Position numbers and translations under genes: made by a program
Assembly (NCBI GenBank): GCA_040399745.1
Contig: JBBARP010000009.1
Coordinates: 117,665-181,664, forward strand
Direction of reading: 5' to 3'
From: Bdellovibrionia bacterium
Lineage (GTDB): Bacteria; Bdellovibrionota; UBA1018
DNA: 64,000 bases
The notes under the pieces: model-generated
What the model saw: only the letters and a program-made list of their open reading frames with translations
Told to the model about the DNA's origin: nothing
Database searches by the model: none
Part shown: piece after piece, positions 38,231-46,678 of the stretch
Numbering within the stretch: the first letter of the stretch is position 1
Layout of the letters: each line of letters opens with the position of its first letter

Positions 38231-39289
38231 TTATTTCTTCGATTCCGAAATGGCTTCGTCGATGATTTCGGAGAACGACTCGATCGGCAGAGCGCCGGCA
38301 ACGAGCTGACCGTTGATGAAGAAGGTCGGAGTCGAACGGACGCCGATTTTTTCACCGTAGGCCATGTCTTCGGAAACCATCTGCTTGAACTTGCCGGCTT
38401 TCAGGCATTCTTCTGCTTTTTTGCCGTCAACGCCCGCATCTTTTGCGAACTTGATCAGGTTGGGCTCGTCTAGCTTGTCTTGGTTTTTGAAGGCCAGGTC
38501 GTGGAACTTCCAGAACTTGTCCGGATTCTGTTCGTGCACGCACATCGCCATTTCCGAGGTGGGGCCTGCTTCGCGGTGCATGGGCAGCGGGAAGTGCTTG
38601 AAGGCCACGCGGACTTTGTTGCCGTACTTCTTCTTGATCTCGGTGACGGTTTCAGCCGCACGCGAGCAGAAGGGGCACTGGAAGTCAGAGAACTCGACGA
38701 TGGTGACCGGTGCCGAGTCTTTGCCCATCGTAGGAGATTTGCCGACTTCGACTTGGACTTCCATCTTGGGCTTGCTGAAGTACTGCTCCACTGGGTTGCT
38801 CTTCACGAGCTTAGCCACGTATGCAGCGATTTTTTCTTGGCGCTTTTGAGCCGTCAAGTAGTTCTGAATTCGCTCTTTGATTTGCGGATTCAGCTGATCT
38901 TTCGGGATTTTCTTTTCAGCGACGAACTTGTCGATTTCTTTGTCGGTGATCTTGGTTTCTCCGCCGACCACTTTCTTGTTGATGAACTCTTCGGTCGACA
39001 GGCTGGCTTTTTTAGCCTCTGCGCCCACGAGTTTTTCTTCCACCAAGCGGTTCAGACGCTCGAGCTTCAGTTCGTATTCGCGCTTTTTCAGCTCGAAGAA
39101 ATCGAGCTGATCGTTGCCGACCAGTTGATCTTCGGTGATTTCTTCAGCGCCGATCTTCGCAACGACTCCGGCTTTCGGAGCGTCCTTGATCGTGAAGACT
39201 GGCTTGGCTTTAGCTTGGTTGCTGCACGCCGCGATGACCGCGAGGGCTCCTGCAGCGGCGACGGTAGAAATCAGGGACAGTTTCTTCAC
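38231..39289 (-). CDS. DsbA-family thiol:disulfide oxidoreductase lipoprotein with a long N-terminal helical domain
   Basis: GGAGG then GTG start at 39289. Lipobox LAVIAACS. C-terminal thioredoxin fold with a CPFC active site (FSDFQCPFCSR). Confidence 0.7.
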   Translation of the reverse strand: MKKLSLISTVAAAGALAVIAACSNQAKAKPVFTIKDAPKAGVVAKIGAEEITEDQLVGNDQLDFFELKKREYELKLERLNRLVEEKLVGAEAKKASLSTEEFINKKVVGGETKITDKEIDKFVAEKKIPKDQLNPQIKERIQNYLTAQKRQEKIAAYVAKLVKSNPVEQYFSKPKMEVQVEVGKSPTMGKDSAPVTIVEFSDFQCPFCSRAAETVTEIKKKYGNKVRVAFKHFPLPMHREAGPTSEMAMCVHEQNPDKFWKFHDLAFKNQDKLDEPNLIKFAKDAGVDGKKAEECLKAGKFKQMVSEDMAYGEKIGVRSTPTFFINGQLVAGALPIESFSEIIDEAISESKK

Positions 39290-39348
39290 TTGGAAATCCT
39301 CCGGAAATGAACGGGTTTGTCGCTGAAAAACAGGCGATCGATTGGCGG

Positions 39349-39624
39349 TCAGCCTACGACCAGCCCACAACGGATGCAACGCAATTCGAGCACGCGCGCT
39401 CGGAGTCGGGCTCTGACTAGGTGCGCTCCTAAAAGGGCCTGAAAAACGCTCCAGCCGATCAAAACTTTGGGGGAAAGCGTGTGCTTTTCAGAAACGATCC
39501 AAAAAGCGAGGAAGCTCGCCCCGAAGAAAATTTGGCTCAGGAGCGGATAAGAAAACTTAGGCCGCTGCGTTGTGGGGCCTCCGCAGTGCGGACAGGTCGC
39601 TTCAGAGGAGTTGGACGAGGTCAT
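39349..39624 (-). CDS. small zinc-ribbon (CxxC...CxxC) membrane protein, hypothetical
   Basis: CPHCGG near the N-terminus and CIRCG at the C-terminus, with a hydrophobic segment between. Confidence 0.35.
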   Translation of the reverse strand: MTSSNSSEATCPHCGGPTTQRPKFSYPLLSQIFFGASFLAFWIVSEKHTLSPKVLIGWSVFQALLGAHLVRARLRARVLELRCIRCGLVVG

Positions 39625-40582
39625 GAATTCTCACTAGCCCACGCCAATGACCCTCTGCGTTCACTACGGGTAAAACTCCCAGTGGGCGTTCGCGGTTTTC
39701 CATTTGGCTCAAGGCCTGAGTGGCGAGCTGGTCCGTGGTGACCGTGATGGGTTGGCGGGTCATGATGTCGGCTGCTTTGAGGTCGAAAAATTTCTCTCGG
39801 TGCGAAAGGGCCCGACGAATATCGCCGTCCGTAATCAGGCCGAGCAGACGCGGACCTTCGGTAACCAGCACTCCTCCGAGCGGGCTGCGGGTCGCAGCAT
39901 GAACGACTTCTTCCATGGTGGTTTGCGGAGTAACCGTGCCGACAGCGCTGCCGGAATGCATGCAGTCCGACACTTTCAGTGTGAGTCGTCGTCCCAAGGC
40001 GCCGCCTGGATGATTCTTGGCAAAAGATTTTTCGTCAAACCCGCGAAGCTGCATCAGTGCGACGGCGAGCGCGTCTCCGATGGCAAGGGCCAGGGTCGTT
40101 GAAGTGGTGGGCGCCAGCTGATGAGGGCAAGCTTCCTGAGGGATCGATGAGTCGATCCAGAGGTCGGCTGTTTGGGCCAAACGAGACTGGGCTTTACCTG
40201 CGACGGCAATCACCTTGACCCCGCGCTCGCGAAGCGCTGGCAAGAGGTTCAAAATATCTTCCGTGTTTCCAGTTTGGGAGAAGGCCAGGACACAGTCTTT
40301 TTCAGAGACGACCCCGAGATCTCCATGAAGGCCTTCGGTAGGGTGGAGGTAAACCGCTAAGCTTCCGGTGCTGCAGAAAGTAGCTGCCGTTTTTTGACCG
40401 ATCTTGCCGGACTTTCCTAGTCCCGTGACAACGATCTTCCCGCCCTGCTGGAGGGTTCCCGAGAGGAGCTGGACGGCTTTTTCTAAGGTGCGCGCTGAAT
40501 CCTGCCGGACGCGTTCGGTAAAGGCGCGAAGGCCTTCGGCTTCCGTTTCAAGCACCCGGATGACTTCCTGGATGATGTCCAT
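39602..40582 (-). CDS. kdsD: arabinose-5-phosphate isomerase (SIS plus tandem CBS domains)
   Basis: SIS motif GLGKSGKIGQK..A.TF.STG followed by CBS pairs. It could be a KpsF or GutQ paralog. Confidence 0.8.
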   Translation of the reverse strand: MDIIQEVIRVLETEAEGLRAFTERVRQDSARTLEKAVQLLSGTLQQGGKIVVTGLGKSGKIGQKTAATFCSTGSLAVYLHPTEGLHGDLGVVSEKDCVLAFSQTGNTEDILNLLPALRERGVKVIAVAGKAQSRLAQTADLWIDSSIPQEACPHQLAPTTSTTLALAIGDALAVALMQLRGFDEKSFAKNHPGGALGRRLTLKVSDCMHSGSAVGTVTPQTTMEEVVHAATRSPLGGVLVTEGPRLLGLITDGDIRRALSHREKFFDLKAADIMTRQPITVTTDQLATQALSQMENRERPLGVLPVVNAEGHWRGLVRIHDLVQLL

Positions 40583-40619
40583 GGGCCGACTAAAACACTG
40601 CCTGTGCTAAAATGAAACG

Positions 40620-41180
40620 ATGAATCCCAAGGCAGGGGGCTGGAACAAGAAACTGAGGTGGTTGGGCTGTGCTCTGGGCATCGCTCTGAGTGGGTCAGGC
40701 TGCATGAAAGCCTATCTTCAGAGCGTCGGAGCCGACACCGACCGGGTTGAGACGCGTGTCTACCGTACGGACTTCAATACCGCTTGGCAGTCCGTTTTAG
40801 AGGCCCTGAAGTCCTACCGGTTGGATGTGAGCAACCGGGAGGGGGGGTACTTGCAAACCCGGTGGACCGACAATACGGCCGAACGCAATTTCTTTGATAG
40901 TTATGGCGGAACGCCGAACTACCAAAAGGCCCAGTTTCGGTACCGAGTCAGCGTGATCAAGGGAATGGTCGGTGGGCAGTCTTCCGTGAAGGTCCAGGTT
41001 CAGCGCGATCAGTTGGTTCAGCGCGACGTTCTGGAAGGCTGGCGTCCCTTGGAAACAGATGGAATTGAGGAAAAAACCTTCCTGTACCGGGTGGGGCAGG
41101 TCGTGAAAATCCGAACCCGGCTAGCGGAACTCGAGAAGGTCAACGAAGCGACTGAAGCGAACGCTTCGCCGAAGCAGTAA
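40620..41180 (+). CDS. hypothetical lipoprotein
   Basis: Signal peptide plus lipobox LSGSGC. No recognised motif. Confidence 0.4.
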   Translation: MNPKAGGWNKKLRWLGCALGIALSGSGCMKAYLQSVGADTDRVETRVYRTDFNTAWQSVLEALKSYRLDVSNREGGYLQTRWTDNTAERNFFDSYGGTPNYQKAQFRYRVSVIKGMVGGQSSVKVQVQRDQLVQRDVLEGWRPLETDGIEEKTFLYRVGQVVKIRTRLAELEKVNEATEANASPKQ

Positions 41181-41964
41181 CGGGTGCAGCAGCGCTGGAA
41201 AGTTCTCGCTTCCAGGCTTCGACACGGACTTTGAGCGTGCCAGTTTTTCCGAGTTTTTTACCGGTCAAAGACTCAAGCGCATCAATCGTTTTGGCTTGCA
41301 GAGCGGGGTCGCCCACCCGATTGAGGAGGGGAAGTAGGCGCGGCGCTGCGTCTTTTGCCTGGATTGCTACGAGCGCTTGGAGGGCTCTTTGAGGAACCCA
41401 CTGAGCAATCCCACGGTGGTAGTTGGCCGGGTTTTCTAATGCCTGCAAAAGGGCGTCTCGAGCGCTCTCCGGGCGAAGCATGCGGACCGCTTCCACAGCT
41501 TCCGTTCGAACCACGAGCGAGGGGTCTTTCAGCAGCGGTACGACTGCGTCTCGAGTGGCAGGATTTTGAAGTGCGGAAAGGGCGCGCAAAGCGCCCGAAC
41601 GAAGCATCCACGAGCGATCCTTCAAAGTGGGCACCAGCTCGGGCGCGAGCGCCTGGCCTCCGAGTCGCGTGGCTCCCATCAGGGCTAGGTAGCGATCGGC
41701 ATCGGCCAGGCGAGAGTCGCGAGTGAGCTCGAGTAATGGCAAGGAGGCCTTCGCTCCGTGTTGCTTTGCCCAGTGCTGGAGCAAAGCTTCAAACGAGTTA
41801 TTTCGACGTGTGGTGAGGTCGGACCGAAGTGTCGCACTCAATGGGCTCGCGGCGGCCCATGCATTGCCTGAAAGCGTGGGCGAGACTGCAAGAAAGCACC
41901 AAAGACCTGCTAACAGCGAATTACGAACCAAGGAGTTTCTCGAATTCTGCGACCAATTCATCAT
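41140..41964 (-). CDS. periplasmic HEAT/PBS-lyase-type repeat protein
   Basis: Signal peptide (LLAGLWCFLAVSPTLSGNAWA). Repeated about-30-aa units of the form R..A..AL..L.....V..LL.D (HEAT-like). Confidence 0.5.
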   Translation of the reverse strand: MMNWSQNSRNSLVRNSLLAGLWCFLAVSPTLSGNAWAAASPLSATLRSDLTTRRNNSFEALLQHWAKQHGAKASLPLLELTRDSRLADADRYLALMGATRLGGQALAPELVPTLKDRSWMLRSGALRALSALQNPATRDAVVPLLKDPSLVVRTEAVEAVRMLRPESARDALLQALENPANYHRGIAQWVPQRALQALVAIQAKDAAPRLLPLLNRVGDPALQAKTIDALESLTGKKLGKTGTLKVRVEAWKRELSSAAAPVTASAKRSLQSLR

Positions 41965-43528
41965 CCGATTTTCCTCCGGGGGCGGCCGGTGCGGCTGCAT
42001 CGCCTTCAGCTTGTAGGGTGTCTTCGACTTGGTCGACCAGATTGGCAAACGGATCAGCAGCAGGTGCTGCCGGGGCTACCGGTGCTGCGGGTTTCTGACT
42101 TTGCTGCGAGACTTTTGCAGAGAGGCGCTCAAACGGATCGGAGGAGTAAATCCCTGCGTCGGCTTTGGCAGGGGCGGCCGCAGGAGCTGGAGTCGGCGCG
42201 GCAACAATGGGCTCGGGCGGGGTTTCCGGCTGAGCTGCGAGAGCTGCACCAAAGTCGATATCGGCGAGCGGATCAGGAGCACCGGCTGACTCGGGAGGAG
42301 TTTCTGGCTGGGCTGCGATTGCTGCACCGAAGTCGATGTTGGCGAACGGATCAGGAGCGTCAGCCGCAGGCTCGGGCGGGGTTTCCGGCTGAGCTGCGAG
42401 AGCTGCGCCGAAGTCGATATTGGCCAGCGGATCGACGGCGGCAGCGGCTTCTGGGCTGGGGGTGTCTGGCGAAGCGGCCGCTGAACCGAAGTCGATGTTG
42501 GCAGTGATGCTCAAGGGATCGGCTGCGGGAGGCACGTCTGCATCTGGCGCAGAATTGGCGGCTTCCGGGGCGGGCGCCGGCTCGGCCTGAGTAGGGTCTT
42601 GATCGATCATCGAGAATTCGGATTGCGCGATCAGGCGTGCCTCTTCCTCCGCTTTCAGGCGCGCTTCTTCCTCTTCGGGGGTCGGGCCTGCGGGAGCTTC
42701 TGCTGCCTGTGCAGGGGCAGCCGCGGCGGGAGCGGGTGCTTGAACTTGCGCCATGGCCATTTCGTTGGCAGCGGCTGATGCGGCTTGGGCTTGCTCGGTT
42801 GCCGTTTGGACTTGATCGCGAAGGGTCTTGTTCTCGGCTTGAAGGCGCTTCAAATCGGCCAAGTCGTCTTCGATGATGCTGTATTCGGTGAGGCGGGTCT
42901 CCATGTCCGCGATCTTCTTTTTCAGCGCAAGAAGCTCGGCTGACTTCGCGTCGTAGTCGCCCATGTGAGCGGCTTTGTCGGCGACAACTTTGGTCGAAGC
43001 CAGTTCCTGCTCGATCCGCTCTTTTTCGGCTTGAATCAAGGCCAGGCGCGAAGCTTGGTCAGAGAGTTGGGATTCGATCACTTGCTGAATTTTTGGAAGG
43101 TCCGTCGGATCGATCGTGACGCCTGCATTTTTCAGATAATTCTGAAGCGCCAATGGATCGACCGGAACGATGGTGGTTGCGCCGGTGGCGTTGATCATTC
43201 CACCTGAAGTCGGGGCGGCGCCGATCGTTCCGCCCATTGCTTGCATTCCGCCGCCCATCATCTGATGGAGCATGGGGTTGCCACTCATGTCGCGTCCGTG
43301 GAGAAGCCCGAACAGCAAGGCTCTCATGTTCTGCGCATCGACAATCAACTCGTTCAAATAAGCTTTGACGACGCCGGTGGGAACCGTTTCTTCCATGGTC
43401 CCGAGTCGACGTTTTCTCATCACATAAAAGGCAGTGTAGCTGGCGAGGAGAATGCAAATCGCCAGCAGTTCGAAAATCAGGGCCTCAGGAGTGAACTTCG
43501 AAAAGAGATGTACCCAAGATTTGAACAT
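41921..43528 (-). CDS. membrane-anchored coiled-coil protein with 4 tandem 24-aa DP(L/F)ANIDFGAA(L/I)AAQPETPPEP repeats
   Basis: N-terminal TM helix, then a Met/Gly-rich stretch, a coiled coil, and a Pro/Ala-rich repeat array. Confidence 0.5.
   Translation of the reverse strand: MFKSWVHLFSKFTPEALIFELLAICILLASYTAFYVMRKRRLGTMEETVPTGVVKAYLNELIVDAQNMRALLFGLLHGRDMSGNPMLHQMMGGGMQAMGGTIGAAPTSGGMINATGATTIVPVDPLALQNYLKNAGVTIDPTDLPKIQQVIESQLSDQASRLALIQAEKERIEQELASTKVVADKAAHMGDYDAKSAELLALKKKIADMETRLTEYSIIEDDLADLKRLQAENKTLRDQVQTATEQAQAASAAANEMAMAQVQAPAPAAAAPAQAAEAPAGPTPEEEEARLKAEEEARLIAQSEFSMIDQDPTQAEPAPAPEAANSAPDADVPPAADPLSITANIDFGSAAASPDTPSPEAAAAVDPLANIDFGAALAAQPETPPEPAADAPDPFANIDFGAAIAAQPETPPESAGAPDPLADIDFGAALAAQPETPPEPIVAAPTPAPAAAPAKADAGIYSSDPFERLSAKVSQQSQKPAAPVAPAAPAADPFANLVDQVEDTLQAEGDAAAPAAPGGKSDDELVAEFEKLLGS
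42205..42500. repeat. about 4 copies of a 72-bp tandem DNA repeat inside CDS 41921..43528
   Basis: The unit GGGCTCGGGCGGGGTTTCCGGCTGAGCTGCGAGAGCTGC(A/G)CC(A/G)AAGTCGAT(A/G)T(C/T)GGC...GGATCAGGAGC recurs with few substitutions. Confidence 0.6.
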
Positions 43529-43591
43529 GATCGGGCCCCTCCTGGGCGCAAGTCCTTGTTTCTTAATTGTAAAGAATGGACAGGGGGGGTG

Positions 43592-44461
43592 TCAAATGGG
43601 GCAGAAGTCGGTTTCAACCGATTTGAGCAGATCGGAGTGAAGTTTTCCGTTGGTCGCGATGATTTCTCGGCCGTGAATGTCGAAATCCTGGTCCCGGAAG
43701 TTGGTCACGCGTCCGCCGGCCTCTTCGACGAGGATCAGGCCCGCAGCTACATCCCAAGGGGAGAGCCTGCGCTCCCAGAAGCCGTCAAAAACCCCACGGG
43801 CGACATAAGCCAAATCCAGTGCCGCACTTCCTGGACGGCGAATAGCTCGCGCCGTTTCACTCAAGCGCTCGAAAGCTTCCATCTCGCGCCTTAGCCACTG
43901 GTCCTTTCGGTAGGTGAATCCGGTGGTGAGGAGCGAATCTTTCAATTTTGTAGTCTTTGACACGCGCATGGGTTTGCCGTTGATGCGAGCTCCGAGACCT
44001 TTGGCTGCGGCATACGTGTCACGAAGGATCGGGGCATGGACGACGCCTGCGAGAATTTGGCCCTTCCATTCGGCGGCGATTGAAACGCAAAACATGGGAA
44101 AACCGTGGACGAAGTTGGTCGTTCCGTCGAGCGGGTCGAGAATCCAGCGTCCGCCTTCGGGTGCGCGTGCGGCTTTGGGAGAAGCTTCCTCACTCAGGAA
44201 CGTGAAATCGGGACGGGCGCGTTTCAGAATTCGCATGGCGGCTTTTTCGCTGGCCAAGTCGACTTCTGTCACCAAGCCCGCTCCGTCCTTTTCGGAAACC
44301 TTGAAGGCGCGCTCATGGTAGCGCGAAAGAACTTTTCCTGCGGCCAAAGCGGCTTCGGTCAAAGCTCGAAGCAGGAGCTTCGGAGAGGGATCGGTCAGAG
44401 CCTTCGGTTTCCGAGGGCGTTTGGCTTGAGTGGTTTTCTGCCTGCGCTTAGTTGTGGCCAT
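43592..44461 (-). CDS. suhB: inositol monophosphatase family protein
   Basis: WILDPLDGTTNFVHG and later DAAAG-like motifs. Confidence 0.8.
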   Translation of the reverse strand: MATTKRRQKTTQAKRPRKPKALTDPSPKLLLRALTEAALAAGKVLSRYHERAFKVSEKDGAGLVTEVDLASEKAAMRILKRARPDFTFLSEEASPKAARAPEGGRWILDPLDGTTNFVHGFPMFCVSIAAEWKGQILAGVVHAPILRDTYAAAKGLGARINGKPMRVSKTTKLKDSLLTTGFTYRKDQWLRREMEAFERLSETARAIRRPGSAALDLAYVARGVFDGFWERRLSPWDVAAGLILVEEAGGRVTNFRDQDFDIHGREIIATNGKLHSDLLKSVETDFCPI

Positions 44462-45350
44462 GGCGAACCCGCTCCTTCATGAAGGTTTGAAAGGCCTCTC
44501 GAATTTTGAGGGTGAGGGGCCCTGGGCGACCGTTTCCGATTTTTCGTCCGTCCAGCAAAGTGACTGGGAAAATGTCTTTTGTGGTGGAGAGAGCGAAAAC
44601 TTCGGTTGCTTCCAGCATCCGTTCTTTCGGGAAGCGAACCTCTCGAACCGGAATGCCGAGCTGGCGGGCCACTTCAATGACTTTTGCGCGAGTGATACCT
44701 GCGAGGATGCCGATGTCCAGGGGCGGGGTGGTGAGGATGCCTCGATTGAAATAGCCCACGTTGTAGGTGGTACCCTCGGTCACGTGGCCGTCGACATTGC
44801 AAAGAATGGCATCTTCAAAACCTTCCGAGGTGCTTTCCAGGAAGGCCAAGAGGCTGTTCAGGTAATTGCCCGATTTCATCGCTGGATCGAGCGCGCGGGC
44901 GTCGTTTCGAAGGCGCTGACAGAAAGCCAGGCTCAGACCTTCCTTGAGTTGACGCTCACTCGGCAGCTCGAGCGGCTGAACGATGATCGTGAACTGAGTG
45001 GGCGTGAGAAGGTTCGACAAACCAAAACCGATTTTTCCTTCGCCTCGTGAGACGATCAGCCGGCAATAGGCCTCGAGTCCCTTCTTCCCAGGGAGCTTTT
45101 GCCAGGCCTCGAGAGTCCGGATGATTTCGCGCTGGTACTCGGCGCGACCCTGCGAAAGGTTCATTCGGGCAAGTGAAGCAGAAGCTTCCAGTCGCTCCAG
45201 GTGCTCCTGCATGAACAGGATCTTGCCCTCCCAAGTCCGAACTACCTCGTACAGGCTGTCGCCGTAGAGGTAACTACGGTCAAAGACGCCAACCTTGGCT
45301 TCTTCGGGACGAAGGATCTGTCCGTTGACGTTCACCAGAGCGTTTTGCAT
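44448..45350 (-). CDS. class IV (fold type IV) PLP aminotransferase / aminodeoxychorismate lyase-like
   Basis: FDRSYLYGDSLYE N-terminal block and a EGTTYNV catalytic-region motif typical of BCAT / PabC / D-Ala aminotransferase. Confidence 0.7.
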   Translation of the reverse strand: MQNALVNVNGQILRPEEAKVGVFDRSYLYGDSLYEVVRTWEGKILFMQEHLERLEASASLARMNLSQGRAEYQREIIRTLEAWQKLPGKKGLEAYCRLIVSRGEGKIGFGLSNLLTPTQFTIIVQPLELPSERQLKEGLSLAFCQRLRNDARALDPAMKSGNYLNSLLAFLESTSEGFEDAILCNVDGHVTEGTTYNVGYFNRGILTTPPLDIGILAGITRAKVIEVARQLGIPVREVRFPKERMLEATEVFALSTTKDIFPVTLLDGRKIGNGRPGPLTLKIREAFQTFMKERVRHGHN

Positions 45351-45377
45351 ACCTGTGGGCCAAGGTAGCCCAAATCA

Positions 45378-46643
45378 ATGCTTGAGTCGACCGAATCACT
45401 GTTACCCAAACCTGCCCACGAAGGTCCCCTGAAGGTGCTCTGCGCCGGCTTGGAGGAAGAGTCGCTCGACGAGCTGGGCAGGCTTCTGGCCACCTTGGAT
45501 GTGAAACCCGTGAATCGGTTGATCATGCAGATTCGGCGGATTCACCCGGCCACCTATGCGGGCCAGGGTAAGCTTGAGGAAATCCGCTCTCTTTGCGAAG
45601 CGCAAGAAGCCGAGGCAGTGATCTTTGATGTCGATCTTTCGCCGAACCAATTGCGCAATGCTGAAAAACTGATCGGAAAGCCCGTGCTCGATCGGAGCGG
45701 CATCATCCTGGAAATTTTTTCGCGCCATGCGCGGACCAAAGAAGCGAAGACACAAGTCGAGCTCGCGAAGCTTCAGTACCTTTATCCGCGGCTGGCGCAC
45801 TTTTGGTCCCACTTCGAACGACAACGGGGCGGTGGGGCTACGAGCCGCGGCATGGGCGAAAAGCAAATCGAGGTGGATCGGCGTTTGGTCAAGGACCGGA
45901 TGTCGAATCTTCGGGGGCGTCTGAAAGAAATCGAGAAAGAGCGGAAAATTCAACGCGCCAAGCGAAGCGATGTGCTGAAGGTCGCGATCGTCGGCTACAC
46001 CAATGCAGGGAAATCGACCCTTCTGAATTCGCTGACCCACAGCAAGGTTTTGGCAGAAGATAAGCTCTTTGCGACTTTGGATCCGTCGGTTCGGATGCTC
46101 GACCCCCACGCCCATCCGCCGATTGTTGCCATCGATACGGTCGGCTTCATCTCCAACCTTCCGCACTCTTTGGTGGCCTCGTTTCGCTCGACTTTGGAAG
46201 AACTGAACGAAGCCGACCTTCTGGTCCACGTCGTCGATTCCAGTTCTCCTCAGGCGCGCGAGCAAATGGACGTGACCGAAGGGGTTTTGACCGAGCTCGG
46301 GGTGAATGAGAAGCCGAGGCTGGTCGTTCTGAATAAAGCGGACCGCCTGAAAACGCCGGGCGAGAAAGCGCAGGCCAGGATCCTCGCTCCGGGGTCCCTC
46401 CTGATTTCGGCGCTCGACCCCGCTGACCGCGATCGCCTTCGGGATCGGATTTTAGAGACTTTCCGGAAAGACTTGGAAGTCTGGGAAATCGTCATTCCCT
46501 ATTCCGAAAGCCGCTTGGAAGCGCAAGTGCATGCCCACGGGAACATCGAGAAATCCAAACACTTGGAGAAGGGCACTTTCCTGCGAGTTCGGATTGCCGG
46601 GGGCTGGGCTCGAAAACTCGGTTTGGAACGCTATCGTCCTTGA
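45378..46643 (+). CDS. hflX: GTPase HflX
   Basis: N-terminal HflX domain and a G-domain GYTNAGKSTLLN with DTVGF. Confidence 0.85.
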   Translation: MLESTESLLPKPAHEGPLKVLCAGLEEESLDELGRLLATLDVKPVNRLIMQIRRIHPATYAGQGKLEEIRSLCEAQEAEAVIFDVDLSPNQLRNAEKLIGKPVLDRSGIILEIFSRHARTKEAKTQVELAKLQYLYPRLAHFWSHFERQRGGGATSRGMGEKQIEVDRRLVKDRMSNLRGRLKEIEKERKIQRAKRSDVLKVAIVGYTNAGKSTLLNSLTHSKVLAEDKLFATLDPSVRMLDPHAHPPIVAIDTVGFISNLPHSLVASFRSTLEELNEADLLVHVVDSSSPQAREQMDVTEGVLTELGVNEKPRLVVLNKADRLKTPGEKAQARILAPGSLLISALDPADRDRLRDRILETFRKDLEVWEIVIPYSESRLEAQVHAHGNIEKSKHLEKGTFLRVRIAGGWARKLGLERYRP

Positions 46644-46678
46644 GGCCGCCTAGGGGCCGGCGTTAGGATCTGGCCACG

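Noticed and set aside
38480-39310. 276-aa plus-strand ORF opposite the DsbA-like gene
   Set aside because: It is antisense to a gene with an RBS, lipobox and CPFC active site.
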